Source of the DNA: a virus
Lineage: Duplodnaviria; Caudoviricetes
Reading direction: 5' to 3' (one strand)
IMG/VR virus record: IMGVR_UViG_3300035180_002081
Location: 1 to 62,116 of that record
Length of the DNA: 62,116 nt
Position 1 is the stretch's first letter. The number at the start of each line of letters is the position of its first letter. Below the pieces are notes generated by a model, which saw only the letters and a list, made by a program, of their open reading frames with translations, had not been told where the DNA came from and made no database searches. The position numbers and the translations under genes were made by a program. Of this stretch, positions 18,609-28,324 are shown in pieces.

Positions 18609-19787
18609 ATGCCCATCGACTGGAAGAGCCCGAACGCGACCAACGTCGTGGTCGAGATCGACGGCGTGGTCTTCGACTTCTTCCACGACTACCACGTGGG
18701 GATCGACCTCCTGAACCCGGGCGGGGAGTTCCATTTCGTCGCGTCGCAAATTCCAGGCAAGCGAGGCGTGCGCGAGAACCTCGGGCCGAAGGGCCTTTCG
18801 CCCGGCCGCAAGGCGCGCGTGTCCGTCGTCACGCAGTACGCGACGACGCTGCAGCACACGGGCCGCATCTACGACGTCACCTACGAGGCCGCGCCGAAGC
18901 AGGGTTCGCTCGTGCGCGTCATCGTGCGCGACCACATGCACGCGCTCGTGCAGGCCGATGCGATGCCAAGCCTGTCTCTCGACAACGCCTCGCTCGCGGA
19001 CGTCATCAAGTCCGTGGCCGCGCCGTTCGGGTTCTCGTCGTCCACCATCTCGATCGACACCGACGCGAGCCGCTCGATCCTGACCGGGAAGGCCGTCGGC
19101 GGGGCCAGGCTCTCCGCCCAGGCGCCGGTGGACCTCGAGTCGTACAAGGTCGACCAGGCACTTCCGAACGCGGGCGAGAGCGGCTTCAGCTTCATCACGC
19201 GCCACGCGCGCCGGTTCGGCCTGCTCGTGTGGGGCACGCCAGATGGGAAGCTCGTCGTGGGGCGCCCGAACTACACGCAGAAGCCGCTCTACGAGTTCGT
19301 GCTGAAGCAGGGGAACAAGGGCGTCGCGAACAACGTGAAGCGCGGCTCGCGGCACCTGTCGTTCGCGCAGCGGCCGAGCGAGATCCACGTCTACGGCAAG
19401 ACGTTCGGCGGCGACTTCTCGCGCTCGCACGTGCACGAAGTCGTCTACGACGAGGAGGTCCGTGCGGCCGGAATCTACGCGCCGATCACGGTCCACGACC
19501 ACAACGCGCGCGACTCCGCGCAGGCGCGCGAGCGCGGGGCGTACGAGCTGGGAAAGCGGAAGCAGACCAGCGACGTCGTGCAGATGACGATGCGCGGGCA
19601 CTGCGGGATCGACGGCGCGGTCTACGCGATCGACACGATCGGTAACGTGCAGTTCGACTCCGCCAACGTCGACGCCGGCATGTACCTGACCAAGCGCACA
19701 TTCACGGGTGGCAAGGCGAGCGGGCGCGAGACGACCGTCATGCTCGTGCCGAAGAACTCGATCGTGCTCGGAGAGGGCGCCCGATGA
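18609..19787 (+). CDS. Baseplate hub protein, Mu gpP-like
   Basis: GES.FSFI.R.ARR.GLLVW.TPDGKLVV, RPSEI.V.G. Confidence 0.85.
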   Translation: MPIDWKSPNATNVVVEIDGVVFDFFHDYHVGIDLLNPGGEFHFVASQIPGKRGVRENLGPKGLSPGRKARVSVVTQYATTLQHTGRIYDVTYEAAPKQGSLVRVIVRDHMHALVQADAMPSLSLDNASLADVIKSVAAPFGFSSSTISIDTDASRSILTGKAVGGARLSAQAPVDLESYKVDQALPNAGESGFSFITRHARRFGLLVWGTPDGKLVVGRPNYTQKPLYEFVLKQGNKGVANNVKRGSRHLSFAQRPSEIHVYGKTFGGDFSRSHVHEVVYDEEVRAAGIYAPITVHDHNARDSAQARERGAYELGKRKQTSDVVQMTMRGHCGIDGAVYAIDTIGNVQFDSANVDAGMYLTKRTFTGGKASGRETTVMLVPKNSIVLGEGAR

Positions 19788-20569
19788 AGCTCGAATTTGC
19801 GACGGCGTACGGCCACCGCTTCACGGCGACGAACAAGGCGCTGCAGCTCCAGTGCGTGACCGACGTCACGGGCGGCAAGGCCAGCGCGTCGCGCGGGGCA
19901 TACGGCGACTGCATGGCCGGCTCGTGGTGCCTGATCGCCCCGCCGGCCGCACCCACCGTCGACACGGCCGGCAACGTCACCTCGGCGTGCGAGGTCGCAG
20001 GCGTTCAGGTCGGCGACCAGATCGTCGCGCTCGGCCAGCGAGACGTCCGGTGGAGCAAGTTCGGGCAGGACGCGAAGCCGGGCGAGGTCGCGCTCTTCAA
20101 CGCGTGGGGCGCGCGGCTCTTCCTCGGGCAGAACGCGATGGCCATCAACGCGCGCGGCGCGTTCATCTCGTTCGACTACGCCAACAAGAAGGTCGGGATC
20201 GCGGGCTACGCGGCGAGCCCCGGCGCGGGCGCCCCATACTTCACGATGGACACGCTGTCCGCCGGCATGGTCTCCGCGACGGGCGGCGCCTCGGTCAACG
20301 TCAAGGACGACCAGGCCACGCTGAGCGGGGCGAGCGTCTCGCTGAACGGCGGCACCGTCGTCATCGGCACCGGCGCGACCGACTTCGTCGCGCTCGCGTC
20401 GCTCATCCTGGCCGAGCTGAACGTGATCAAGTTCTGGCTGAACTCGCACTACCACACGGTCGGCGCGCCTGGCCCAAGCTCGACGGGTCTCGCGATGGTC
20501 CTCGGCGCCCCGGTGCCCGTCACGTACAACCCGGGCTCGGTGGCCTCGACGCGGGCGAAGTGCGCCTAA
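19784..20569 (+). CDS. Baseplate spike (Mu gp45/gpV-like)
   Basis: PGEVALFN, beta-helix repeats, C-terminal HxH (SHYHT). Confidence 0.8.
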   Translation: MKLEFATAYGHRFTATNKALQLQCVTDVTGGKASASRGAYGDCMAGSWCLIAPPAAPTVDTAGNVTSACEVAGVQVGDQIVALGQRDVRWSKFGQDAKPGEVALFNAWGARLFLGQNAMAINARGAFISFDYANKKVGIAGYAASPGAGAPYFTMDTLSAGMVSATGGASVNVKDDQATLSGASVSLNGGTVVIGTGATDFVALASLILAELNVIKFWLNSHYHTVGAPGPSSTGLAMVLGAPVPVTYNPGSVASTRAKCA

Positions 20570-21342
20570 AGCGACGTCGCAACGAACGATGACGCGGGCA
20601 CTTCCTCGAGCGCCGCGAACGTCATGTTGCTCGGCGTCGACCATCCGACGTAGGACCCCATCGCCACCGAGCAGACGCCGAGGCTCAACAAGTAGAACGA
20701 GCCGGACACGGGCGTCTTGACCGAGCGTCCGCGCCGCACGTGCGCGCCAGTGGCTTCGTCGACGATGCCGAGCATGGGCAGGTTGAAGTCGGCGCCCGGT
20801 GGCAGCGATGGGACGGCCACGAACGTCGCGTTCGGCGAGCACGCCGCGCTCGAGTAGGCGACGACGGGGCCGCGCGAGACGGGCATGCACCGAGTCGTGC
20901 CGTCGGCGTGGCGCGCGAACGTGCACGGCGCAGGCGAGACGAGCACCCCTGCGGGCGGCGACGAGTCGAAACAGCCGTTGCCGGGCATCCAGTACAGGCG
21001 CGGGGCGCCCGCCTCGCACCGCTGCTGCTCGAGCACGAGCGGGTCGACGGGCGTCTCGGGGGCGGCATCGACCGCGCCGGCCTCGCGCGCATCGGCGCTC
21101 GTCTCGGCGCTGTCGTTCGCAGCCTCTGGCACAGCATCAACGGCGGTGTCGGCGAGCGCATCGCCTGCGCCGGCATCGCTCGTGTCGGCGTTGCCTTCGG
21201 CGTCTGGCGCCGTCGCGGTGTCGGCGATGTGCGCGTCATCGGCCGCGTCTGGTGCGGCGGGCAGGCCGAGCGCGCTGGACGAGCAGCCGCTGCAAGTGAC
21301 GGCAAGTAACGCGGCGGCGAGCGTTCTACGAGAGAGCATCAC
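20566..21342 (-). CDS. Lipoprotein on the opposite strand (moron)
   Basis: Signal peptide with lipobox-like CSGC, Asp/Ala/Pro linker, Cys-rich domain. Confidence 0.8.
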   Translation of the reverse strand: MMLSRRTLAAALLAVTCSGCSSSALGLPAAPDAADDAHIADTATAPDAEGNADTSDAGAGDALADTAVDAVPEAANDSAETSADAREAGAVDAAPETPVDPLVLEQQRCEAGAPRLYWMPGNGCFDSSPPAGVLVSPAPCTFARHADGTTRCMPVSRGPVVAYSSAACSPNATFVAVPSLPPGADFNLPMLGIVDEATGAHVRRGRSVKTPVSGSFYLLSLGVCSVAMGSYVGWSTPSNMTFAALEEVPASSFVATSL

Positions 21343-21348
21343 CGCTGA

Positions 21349-21375
21349 ACCTTACCAGGCGCAGCGCGCCGTCAA
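21349..21375 (-). promoter_or_regulatory. Putative promoter for the moron (TTGACG ... TGG-TAAGGT), possibly leaderless
   Basis: Extended -10 ends 7 nt before the start at 21342; the spacer is only 15 nt. Confidence 0.45.
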
Positions 21376-21387
21376 GGGGATGCTCCA

Positions 21388-21723
21388 ATGAGCTGCGGAT
21401 TTGCGCTGCTGGCGATGCCCATCGGCGGGCTCACGCTGCCGAGCGTTCCGGTGCCGGCGTTGCCGCCTGTGCCGAGCGCGCCGGCCATCCCGTTCCCGGG
21501 AGTCGACCCGCCGCCACCGACGCTCGCGAACCCCATCGCCGGCCTTGGTGTGCCTGGGACGCCACTGCCAGCCATCCCCACGCTTCCGACGGCGCCACCC
21601 ATCCCTTTCCCCGGCGCTGACGTCTCGTCGCTCCTGGGGGCGATTCCGGGGCTCTCGCTGCCCGGCGTGCCGGTGCCGGCGCTCCCCGTCGTGCCGTCCG
21701 TTCCGACCTGCCCCATCCCATGA
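21388..21723 (+). CDS. Proline-rich protein in baseplate module
   Basis: 111 aa of P-x-hydrophobic-P units with one Cys at each end; ATGA-coupled to the next gene. Confidence 0.7.
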   Translation: MSCGFALLAMPIGGLTLPSVPVPALPPVPSAPAIPFPGVDPPPPTLANPIAGLGVPGTPLPAIPTLPTAPPIPFPGADVSSLLGAIPGLSLPGVPVPALPVVPSVPTCPIP

Positions 21724-22160
21724 GCTTCGGCCTCGACCCCTTCGGAACCGACCCGCTCGGCTCGGTGTTCGACGCCACGTCTGCGTCCGCAGACACGATC
21801 GCCGCGACCGCTGCCGCGTGCCGCGTCCTCGGGGTCAATGGCGACTACGAGCGTGCGGACGACGGCGTGAACCTGCGCGACGCAGCGGACCCCATCGGCG
21901 AGGAGGTCTACTTCCGACTGGCGACCGCGCTGGGCTCCTACTCCGCCGACGTGACGCTCGGCAACAGCGTCGCGACGATCCGGGTCGCCTCGTCGTCCTC
22001 GACGGTGGCCATCCGCGACGCCGTGCTCCGGGCGCTCGAGCCGATGCGCGCGCGCGGCGTCATCTCCACGATCACGGTCGACGTCGCGACGAACACGCAG
22101 CAGGGCACTACGCGCGGCGAGTACCGCGTCTCGTACCAGAAGACCGGCGTCCGCCGGTGA
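21720..22160 (+). CDS. Baseplate wedge/sheath initiator (gp25/Mu gp46-like)
   Basis: L.T..GSY..D..LG, ALEPM...G.I..I.V; upstream of J-like gene. Confidence 0.75.
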   Translation: MSFGLDPFGTDPLGSVFDATSASADTIAATAAACRVLGVNGDYERADDGVNLRDAADPIGEEVYFRLATALGSYSADVTLGNSVATIRVASSSSTVAIRDAVLRALEPMRARGVISTITVDVATNTQQGTTRGEYRVSYQKTGVRR

Positions 22161-22170
22161 TTGGGGCGCG

Positions 22171-23742
22171 ATGACGACCTCGGAGTTCTACACCCCGACG
22201 CGCGACAAGATCGTCGCCGACTACCTGCGGGACATCGCGCTCGAGATCCCCGATGCGGTCACCGGCGACGGCTCCGACTACCTCGGGACCGGGAACGCGC
22301 TCGGCAACGCACTGCTGCCCATCTACGCGAACGGCGAGTTCAACGCACGCGAGTCGATGCCCGACCTCGCGACGGACAAGGGCCTGACGCGATGGTCGCG
22401 CGCGACCGGGATGCCGAAGCTCGGGGAGCAGTTCTCCGAGGGGACCGTCATCGTCAGCGCGTCCTTCGGGACGAGCGTGCAGGACGGGGCGCAGCTGCGG
22501 AACCCCGCGACGCGCGCGCTCTACAAGACGGTCGGCGACACGGCGATCTCGCCGATCACGCTGCAGGGGCGTGCGTACGTCGTCGCCCTCTCGACTGGCC
22601 CAGCCAGCGACCTCGTATCGCCGGCCATGCTCGAGTTCATCTCCGTTCCGCCCGGCGTCTCCCCGACGGCGACCGTCGAAGCGATCTCGGGCGGCGCCGC
22701 CGCGTGGAGCACGCCCCGCTGGGCGACCGAGATCATGCGATCGATGCGGGCGCGCGCAGCCGCCGGCAACGTGGCGCACATCCAGGCGCTCGCGATGGCC
22801 GTCCCTGGCGTCGAGCAGGCCTTCGTCTACCCGGCACTCCGCGGGTCCGGGACGAACGACGTCGTCATCACCACGACGGCCGCCGCGGGCACGCGCATCG
22901 CCGGCCGGTCGCTGCTGATGAAGGTGAGCGCGGCGATCCGCTTCGGCATCCGCTCGCCAGGCGGGGACCTCATCCCTGGCCTGCCGGCGCACACGTTCAA
23001 CCGCACGACGGTCTCTGCCGTCATCCAGCTGCCGACGAACCTGCTGCTGCGACTGAAGGCCTCGAAGGCCAACCCGTTCACGGTGTGGCCGCCCGCTCCG
23101 CCGGTCGGCGCCGATCCGCTGCTGTACCTCTACACGGTCACCGCCTCGACCTCCCCGACGAGCTTCACCGTCGCGGCCCCAGGCGTCGGCTCGCCCGTGA
23201 AGCCTGCCGTTGGAACGACGGTGTGCCTGTTCTTCCCGTCCGTCGGGTTCGTGCGGTCGACGATCACATCGATCAGCGCGGGCGCGTCGCCGTGGACGAT
23301 CACCACCGCCGCATGGTCAACGCCGCCAACCACCGAGACGACCGTCCCGGGCGGGTCGTCGATCATGCCGTGGAGCCCGATGCTCGCGCAGCTCGTCGCG
23401 CCGCCGGTGCTCGGTTCGGCCGGGGCCTCGGGCGTCATCTCCGACTACTTCGCATCGCTTGGCCCTGGCGAGATGGTGCCGCTGCTCGCGAGCGACATCA
23501 CGCGGCGCTGCCGCTGGCCTCGGCAGAGCGACAAGAACCCCGTGTCGGGCGTCGTCGAGTGGCCCACCGATGTGGGTGGCCGGCTCGCCTCGGCCATCTT
23601 CGACGGCACCGACGCGCAGGACGTCTCGGTCGCGGCGATGGCGGGTTCCGTGCTGACGCCGCCCGTCCCGCTCGCCTCGTACATCGGCACGCCGCCCACC
23701 GTTCTGCGCGTGGGGCAGCTGACGGTCTCCCCGCTCCCGTGA
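22171..23742 (+). CDS. Baseplate J-like protein (Mu gp47)
   Basis: P.LATDKGL.RW, AGN..HI..LA..VPGVEQAFVYP...G.GT.DVVI. Confidence 0.9.
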   Translation: MTTSEFYTPTRDKIVADYLRDIALEIPDAVTGDGSDYLGTGNALGNALLPIYANGEFNARESMPDLATDKGLTRWSRATGMPKLGEQFSEGTVIVSASFGTSVQDGAQLRNPATRALYKTVGDTAISPITLQGRAYVVALSTGPASDLVSPAMLEFISVPPGVSPTATVEAISGGAAAWSTPRWATEIMRSMRARAAAGNVAHIQALAMAVPGVEQAFVYPALRGSGTNDVVITTTAAAGTRIAGRSLLMKVSAAIRFGIRSPGGDLIPGLPAHTFNRTTVSAVIQLPTNLLLRLKASKANPFTVWPPAPPVGADPLLYLYTVTASTSPTSFTVAAPGVGSPVKPAVGTTVCLFFPSVGFVRSTITSISAGASPWTITTAAWSTPPTTETTVPGGSSIMPWSPMLAQLVAPPVLGSAGASGVISDYFASLGPGEMVPLLASDITRRCRWPRQSDKNPVSGVVEWPTDVGGRLASAIFDGTDAQDVSVAAMAGSVLTPPVPLASYIGTPPTVLRVGQLTVSPLP

Positions 23743-23749
23743 GGCACGA

Positions 23750-24193
23750 ATGACGACGCCGTCTCTCCCGTACTCGCGCCCCACGTCGGACACCTACGGG
23801 CCCGACCTGTCGAACGATGGCCTCGTCACGCGCCCGACGTACGAGCTGGACGCGACGTCGTGGAACCGGGCGAAGGCAGACCTGGCAGCCGCGGCGCTGA
23901 TGGTCCACCTTGTGCGCGCTCGCATCACGAACGCAGGGACCGCAGCGGTTGCCGACGCCACGCCGATCGCGCCCGCGTCGATCACGGCGACGCGCACTGG
24001 CGCAGGGCACGTGCAGGTGACGATGCCGAACGGCCTCGTGCCTCGGTTCGCGTCGTTCAGCTGCCCCGTCGCGAACACGGTCTGCACCTGGAGCTACGCC
24101 ATCACGGGCCAGGTGATCGACGTCTACACCTTCGTCAGCAGCGGCGGCCCGATCGCGCTGACGGACGTGGACTTCGTGATCGAGGTCTCGTGA
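23750..24193 (+). CDS. Putative baseplate/tail protein
   Basis: Beta-rich; TRTGAGHVQVT; position in module. Confidence 0.6.
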   Translation: MTTPSLPYSRPTSDTYGPDLSNDGLVTRPTYELDATSWNRAKADLAAAALMVHLVRARITNAGTAAVADATPIAPASITATRTGAGHVQVTMPNGLVPRFASFSCPVANTVCTWSYAITGQVIDVYTFVSSGGPIALTDVDFVIEVS

Positions 24194-25119
24194 CCGCGCT
24201 GGGCCGGTGGGGCGGCATGCCGTTGCGCATGGGCGGCGGGCGCTCCGACGCGTGCGCCATCTACGAGACGCTCCGCGACTCGATGGGCTCCGCGCACAGC
24301 AAGGACGACTCGACGCTCGCCAACCGGGAGCGGCGCTGCATGGCGCTCGCGATCGCGCGGGCCAAGGCGCACCAGACGCGCGGCGCGATGCAGTCGCTCC
24401 CCGAGACCGCCACCGACTACCTCCCGCGCTGGGAGCGGTGGCTGCAGGTCCCGGTCGACACCACCTCGCCCGCGCACCTCCGCCGCGCCGTCTGCACGGG
24501 GGCGCTCGCAGGCAACCTCCCGCCGACCGAGGACAACATCGCCTCGGCCTGCTCCACTGCGCTCGGCGGCGAGTCGGTGCGCGTGACGACGGGCCGCGTC
24601 CCGGTCGCGCAGATGTGGGCCGCCAGCTTCTTCCGACCAGCGCTCAGCGAGGTACTCGGCGCCGGGCAGCTCCGCGCTGGGCTCCATTACGTCTACGGCG
24701 TGAACGAGGTCCCGATGGACCCGTCGACCGGCTACGACGTGGCGATCTACGTCGACGCGCCACTGTCGATCACGCTTGCGGCGGACGGCTCTGCGATCTC
24801 GGTAGGCGGCTACGGAATCCCGCTGACCTTCCGCTACTACCTGTCGCACGCACCTGGCTCGACGGATGCCTCGTGGGTCGCGGACGGGAACGGCGGGCCG
24901 ATCACCCTCGGTGCGTACCCGACCGAGCGGCCTGATCGGAACCAGCAGCACTACGCGATCATCGTCAGCGACTCGACAGCCGCGAACGACGCGAGCCTCG
25001 CGAAGCTGCACACGGTGCTCGGCCCGATGCTTCCGGCCGAAGCCACCTACGACATCGTTGGCTCGCAACCGTTCGTGCTCGGGCCTGCAGGCTCGCCGCT
25101 CGGGCGCGGAGGACTCTGA
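24190..25119 (+). CDS. Baseplate wedge protein (Mu gp48/DUF2313-like)
   Basis: P.TATDYLPRWERWL, RR, C-terminal MLPAEA. Confidence 0.78.
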   Translation: MTALGRWGGMPLRMGGGRSDACAIYETLRDSMGSAHSKDDSTLANRERRCMALAIARAKAHQTRGAMQSLPETATDYLPRWERWLQVPVDTTSPAHLRRAVCTGALAGNLPPTEDNIASACSTALGGESVRVTTGRVPVAQMWAASFFRPALSEVLGAGQLRAGLHYVYGVNEVPMDPSTGYDVAIYVDAPLSITLAADGSAISVGGYGIPLTFRYYLSHAPGSTDASWVADGNGGPITLGAYPTERPDRNQQHYAIIVSDSTAANDASLAKLHTVLGPMLPAEATYDIVGSQPFVLGPAGSPLGRGGL

Positions 25120-25122
25120 TCG

Positions 25123-26376
25123 ATGGCGACCGGGACCAGCAACCTGAAGTCGGCGCTCGTCGCGGGCTCGACGCTCGCCGCGGAGCAGGTCGACGACCTG
25201 ACGACGCTGCTCGCGCGCGCCGACGACGAGACGATCTACGACCTCTACGACCTCGAGCCGCCGGCAGCCGCCACGGCCACGTTCGTCAACACGGGGTACA
25301 TCCCGCTCCACTCGGGCGCGCTCGTCACCGAGGACGCGTTCTCGCGGCTCGTGTGGATCGCCCCCGCGCGGTGGTGCCGCTCCTCGACGAGCACGACGAC
25401 GCCACGCCGCATCCTGTCGGCGACCGTCGATGCGCTGTCGGCCTTCGCGCTCCCCACGATTGCGCCGGCCGGGAAGTGGCGCATCGAGCTGCTCTACGCG
25501 CAGCTGTCGTACATCGATGCGTCGGAGCCGACGAAGGGCACGCAGGTCACGTACTTCTGGGCGACGTCCCCGGCCGACGCGAACATCGGCTCTCCGGCCA
25601 ACGTCGCAACGCTGCCGGCGAACACGTCGACGACGTGGAACATCCCGGTCCGCTACGTGAAGAACGTGGCGGCCGCGACGCGGACGTACCAATCGGACAT
25701 CCTGTCTCCGACGCCGACCGCGGCCGGCGGGCTCGACGGGCGACTCCGGCGGCGCGCCGGGGCGGGCAGCATCGACGCGCAGCGCAGCTACTCGTCGATC
25801 GCGCAGTCGCTCGCAACGCTGGTCGCCGCGAACACCATCACGTCCACGGTCACCCCGGCGCGCGTGCACAAGGGCGATTCGGACGTCGTGTTCCGCGTCT
25901 TCAAAGTCATCGCAGGATCGACGGGCGGCACGAGCGGCGCCACCGTCGCGATCGACCTCGACGACACGCGCGACTGGCGTAACGCCGACTTCCTGACTCT
26001 CTGGAACGTCCCGTTCTACACGGGGTGGGAGTTCGGCGAAGAGCCCACCACGGTCAACACCGCGGCGTCCCGACAGATGCCGTCACTGTTCACGTCGATT
26101 GCCAACATCAGCGGCGCGCTCTTCATCCAGTTCGGGCAGTCGTTCGAGCCGTGGGGCGGGTCCGGCACGCAGGCCTTCGCCGCGAAGCTCGTCCTCAACG
26201 ACACGCACGGCCTCGCGCAGCTCGTGGGCACTCCGTACCTCGCGGCGGGCGACCACGTCGAACTCGTCGTCGACATGACGACCGGCAAGCTGCAGCTGCA
26301 GCGCACCATCGCCGGAGCGGCAACCGGCGTGCCGATCACCGTCTTTCTCTTCGCCGCATTCCCCAACAGCCGCTGA
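25123..26376 (+). CDS. Tail fibre/baseplate attachment protein
   Basis: Position after gp48-like gene; Thr/Ala-rich beta sequence. Confidence 0.6.
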   Translation: MATGTSNLKSALVAGSTLAAEQVDDLTTLLARADDETIYDLYDLEPPAAATATFVNTGYIPLHSGALVTEDAFSRLVWIAPARWCRSSTSTTTPRRILSATVDALSAFALPTIAPAGKWRIELLYAQLSYIDASEPTKGTQVTYFWATSPADANIGSPANVATLPANTSTTWNIPVRYVKNVAAATRTYQSDILSPTPTAAGGLDGRLRRRAGAGSIDAQRSYSSIAQSLATLVAANTITSTVTPARVHKGDSDVVFRVFKVIAGSTGGTSGATVAIDLDDTRDWRNADFLTLWNVPFYTGWEFGEEPTTVNTAASRQMPSLFTSIANISGALFIQFGQSFEPWGGSGTQAFAAKLVLNDTHGLAQLVGTPYLAAGDHVELVVDMTTGKLQLQRTIAGAATGVPITVFLFAAFPNSR

Positions 26377-26395
26377 TACGAGAGGAAAAGCACCG

Positions 26396-28198
26396 ATGAG
26401 CATCGAACGCAACGGGCCTTTCCCGGACAACGTACTTGCGGAACACGCGCTTGCGGTTCAGAACGTGCCGAATGCAGGCGCCAAACTCGGGGCCCTCGCC
26501 TCGACCCTCGACGCGTCGGGGCGGGTGACGGCGGCGTCCGACTCGCGCAATACGCCGACGCTGACCGTTCGCCTCGACGGCGACTCGCGATTCGCGGGCG
26601 GCGCGTCGGCGATGGACGACACGACCGACTCCGTGCGAGACGCGTTCTGGTCGGCGATCCGAGCCAAGCGCGGCGGCGTCAGGCTCCTCGGCGAGTCCAT
26701 CTCGGGCCGCTACATCGTCAACAGCGGCACGCCGATCCCGCAGGTTCCGCTGCTCGGCGACTGGCACGTCAGCGCGACGGGCGGCTACACGGTCGCACAG
26801 ATCGACGCTGCTGCGACGGCGAGCGAGGCGGCAAGCGGCGCGGCGGACGTCGTCTGCTTCACGGGCGCCGAGAACGATGCCGCTGCGGGCACGACCGGCG
26901 CCGCGATCCTCGCACTGATCTCGACGTACGTCGCGAATCGCAAAGCCGCAAAGCCGGACGGGATCGTCATCCTCTGCACGCAGATGGTCGACTCCCCCGC
27001 GCTCGCAGGGTACGCGGCGCGCAATGCGATCCTCGCGGTCGTGAACGCGGGGCTCCCAGCGCTCGCCGCGACGTTCAAGGGCGTCTACGTGCTCGACGTC
27101 GCGTCGCTGCTCGGCCTCGCCGACGTGAACAGCAGCGGCAACCACCCGAACGGCGGAGGGTACGCGAAGTGGGGCGCAGCGCTCGCGGCGCTCGTGCTCG
27201 CGAATACCGGGCAGGGCGGGAGCGCGTTCCCTCGCGCCGTGCAGTCTCGCGTTGCGCGCGCGCGGCTCGTGACGGTGACCGAGGGCGCCGACACGGCATA
27301 CGTGCTCGACGACGGGACGAAGGGGATTCTACCACAGCAGGATGCGTCGTTTTCGTTCGGTCGGCTCTACCGGCCCACGACGGCCACGCCCGCATACCAG
27401 CGGGTGGTGATGGCACTCGGGAACAACGCCGGGCTCGCTGGGAACGTCGTGCTTCTGGAGGGGCCTCCCTACGCAGGGTGCAAGCACGCGACGCTTCAAC
27501 TCTACATCAACGGCGTTCTGCGCAGCGTGCACAGCGATTCGATCGTGATCGGCCGCGCACACCTGATCGGGGTGAACGTCGACCGGACGCGCGGCGAGGC
27601 GTCGATCTTCTGCCTGCGCGAGGGCGATGACGGCAAGCCGTGCACCACGCTCGTTTCGCAGGTCTCCGGCGTCGTCACGTGGACGTACACCTTTGGCCGC
27701 GTCACGCTCGCGGGCACCGGGTGCGTAATCAACGGATCGCCCGGCGTCCACGGCGACGCGTGGGTCAACCCGACGGGGCTGGTCACGATCGACCAGATGG
27801 AGGCGTGGTACCACGAAGACGCGCTTCCGGCGGGAGCCGTCCACTACCCGCTGAACGACGGCAGTGGCACTACGCCTGCGCCGGCGCCATCGTTCGCGAG
27901 CTACCCCGCTGGCGCCACCAATGCGTCGTGGTCGGCCGCGGGAGTCGTTCGCGAGCCGTGGCATCGCATCGGGCAGAGCGCGAATACTTCGGGCGCGTTC
28001 GCGGTCAACGGTGCGACTCCAGTGGTGGTCTCGTGCCCCGGCATGTGCGTGGGCGACGAGGCGGGGATCACGCTCACCCGGTCGGTGAACGGCGGCACCG
28101 TCGGCCCCGTGCCGGCCATCGTGTGCGCGGCGGACCAGTTCACCGCAACGGGCACGGCGGCTGACACGTCGACGTACGCGTGGCGCTTCCGCCCGTGA
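26396..28198 (+). CDS. SGNH/GDSL hydrolase + LamG/ConA-like domain, virion-associated protein
   Basis: LLGESIS, FTGAEND, NHPNGGGYAKWG; LYING, HLIGV, HYPLNDGSG. Confidence 0.75.
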   Translation: MSIERNGPFPDNVLAEHALAVQNVPNAGAKLGALASTLDASGRVTAASDSRNTPTLTVRLDGDSRFAGGASAMDDTTDSVRDAFWSAIRAKRGGVRLLGESISGRYIVNSGTPIPQVPLLGDWHVSATGGYTVAQIDAAATASEAASGAADVVCFTGAENDAAAGTTGAAILALISTYVANRKAAKPDGIVILCTQMVDSPALAGYAARNAILAVVNAGLPALAATFKGVYVLDVASLLGLADVNSSGNHPNGGGYAKWGAALAALVLANTGQGGSAFPRAVQSRVARARLVTVTEGADTAYVLDDGTKGILPQQDASFSFGRLYRPTTATPAYQRVVMALGNNAGLAGNVVLLEGPPYAGCKHATLQLYINGVLRSVHSDSIVIGRAHLIGVNVDRTRGEASIFCLREGDDGKPCTTLVSQVSGVVTWTYTFGRVTLAGTGCVINGSPGVHGDAWVNPTGLVTIDQMEAWYHEDALPAGAVHYPLNDGSGTTPAPAPSFASYPAGATNASWSAAGVVREPWHRIGQSANTSGAFAVNGATPVVVSCPGMCVGDEAGITLTRSVNGGTVGPVPAIVCAADQFTATGTAADTSTYAWRFRP

Positions 28199-28324
28199 CC
28201 CCCTCCCGCCTCCCGCGCCGGCGGGGTGGGGGAGGCGAGCGACCGAGATGCTGAGACGAGAAACGGCCGCGCCGCGCGCGCCGAATGGCTACTACCGCGA
28301 GCCTCACGCTCGCTTGGGTGATGC

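Noticed and set aside
4930-25119. Transposable (Mu-type) replication
   Set aside because: Structural genes are Mu-like, but no DDE transposase or MuB was seen; a tyrosine integrase and DnaB are present instead.
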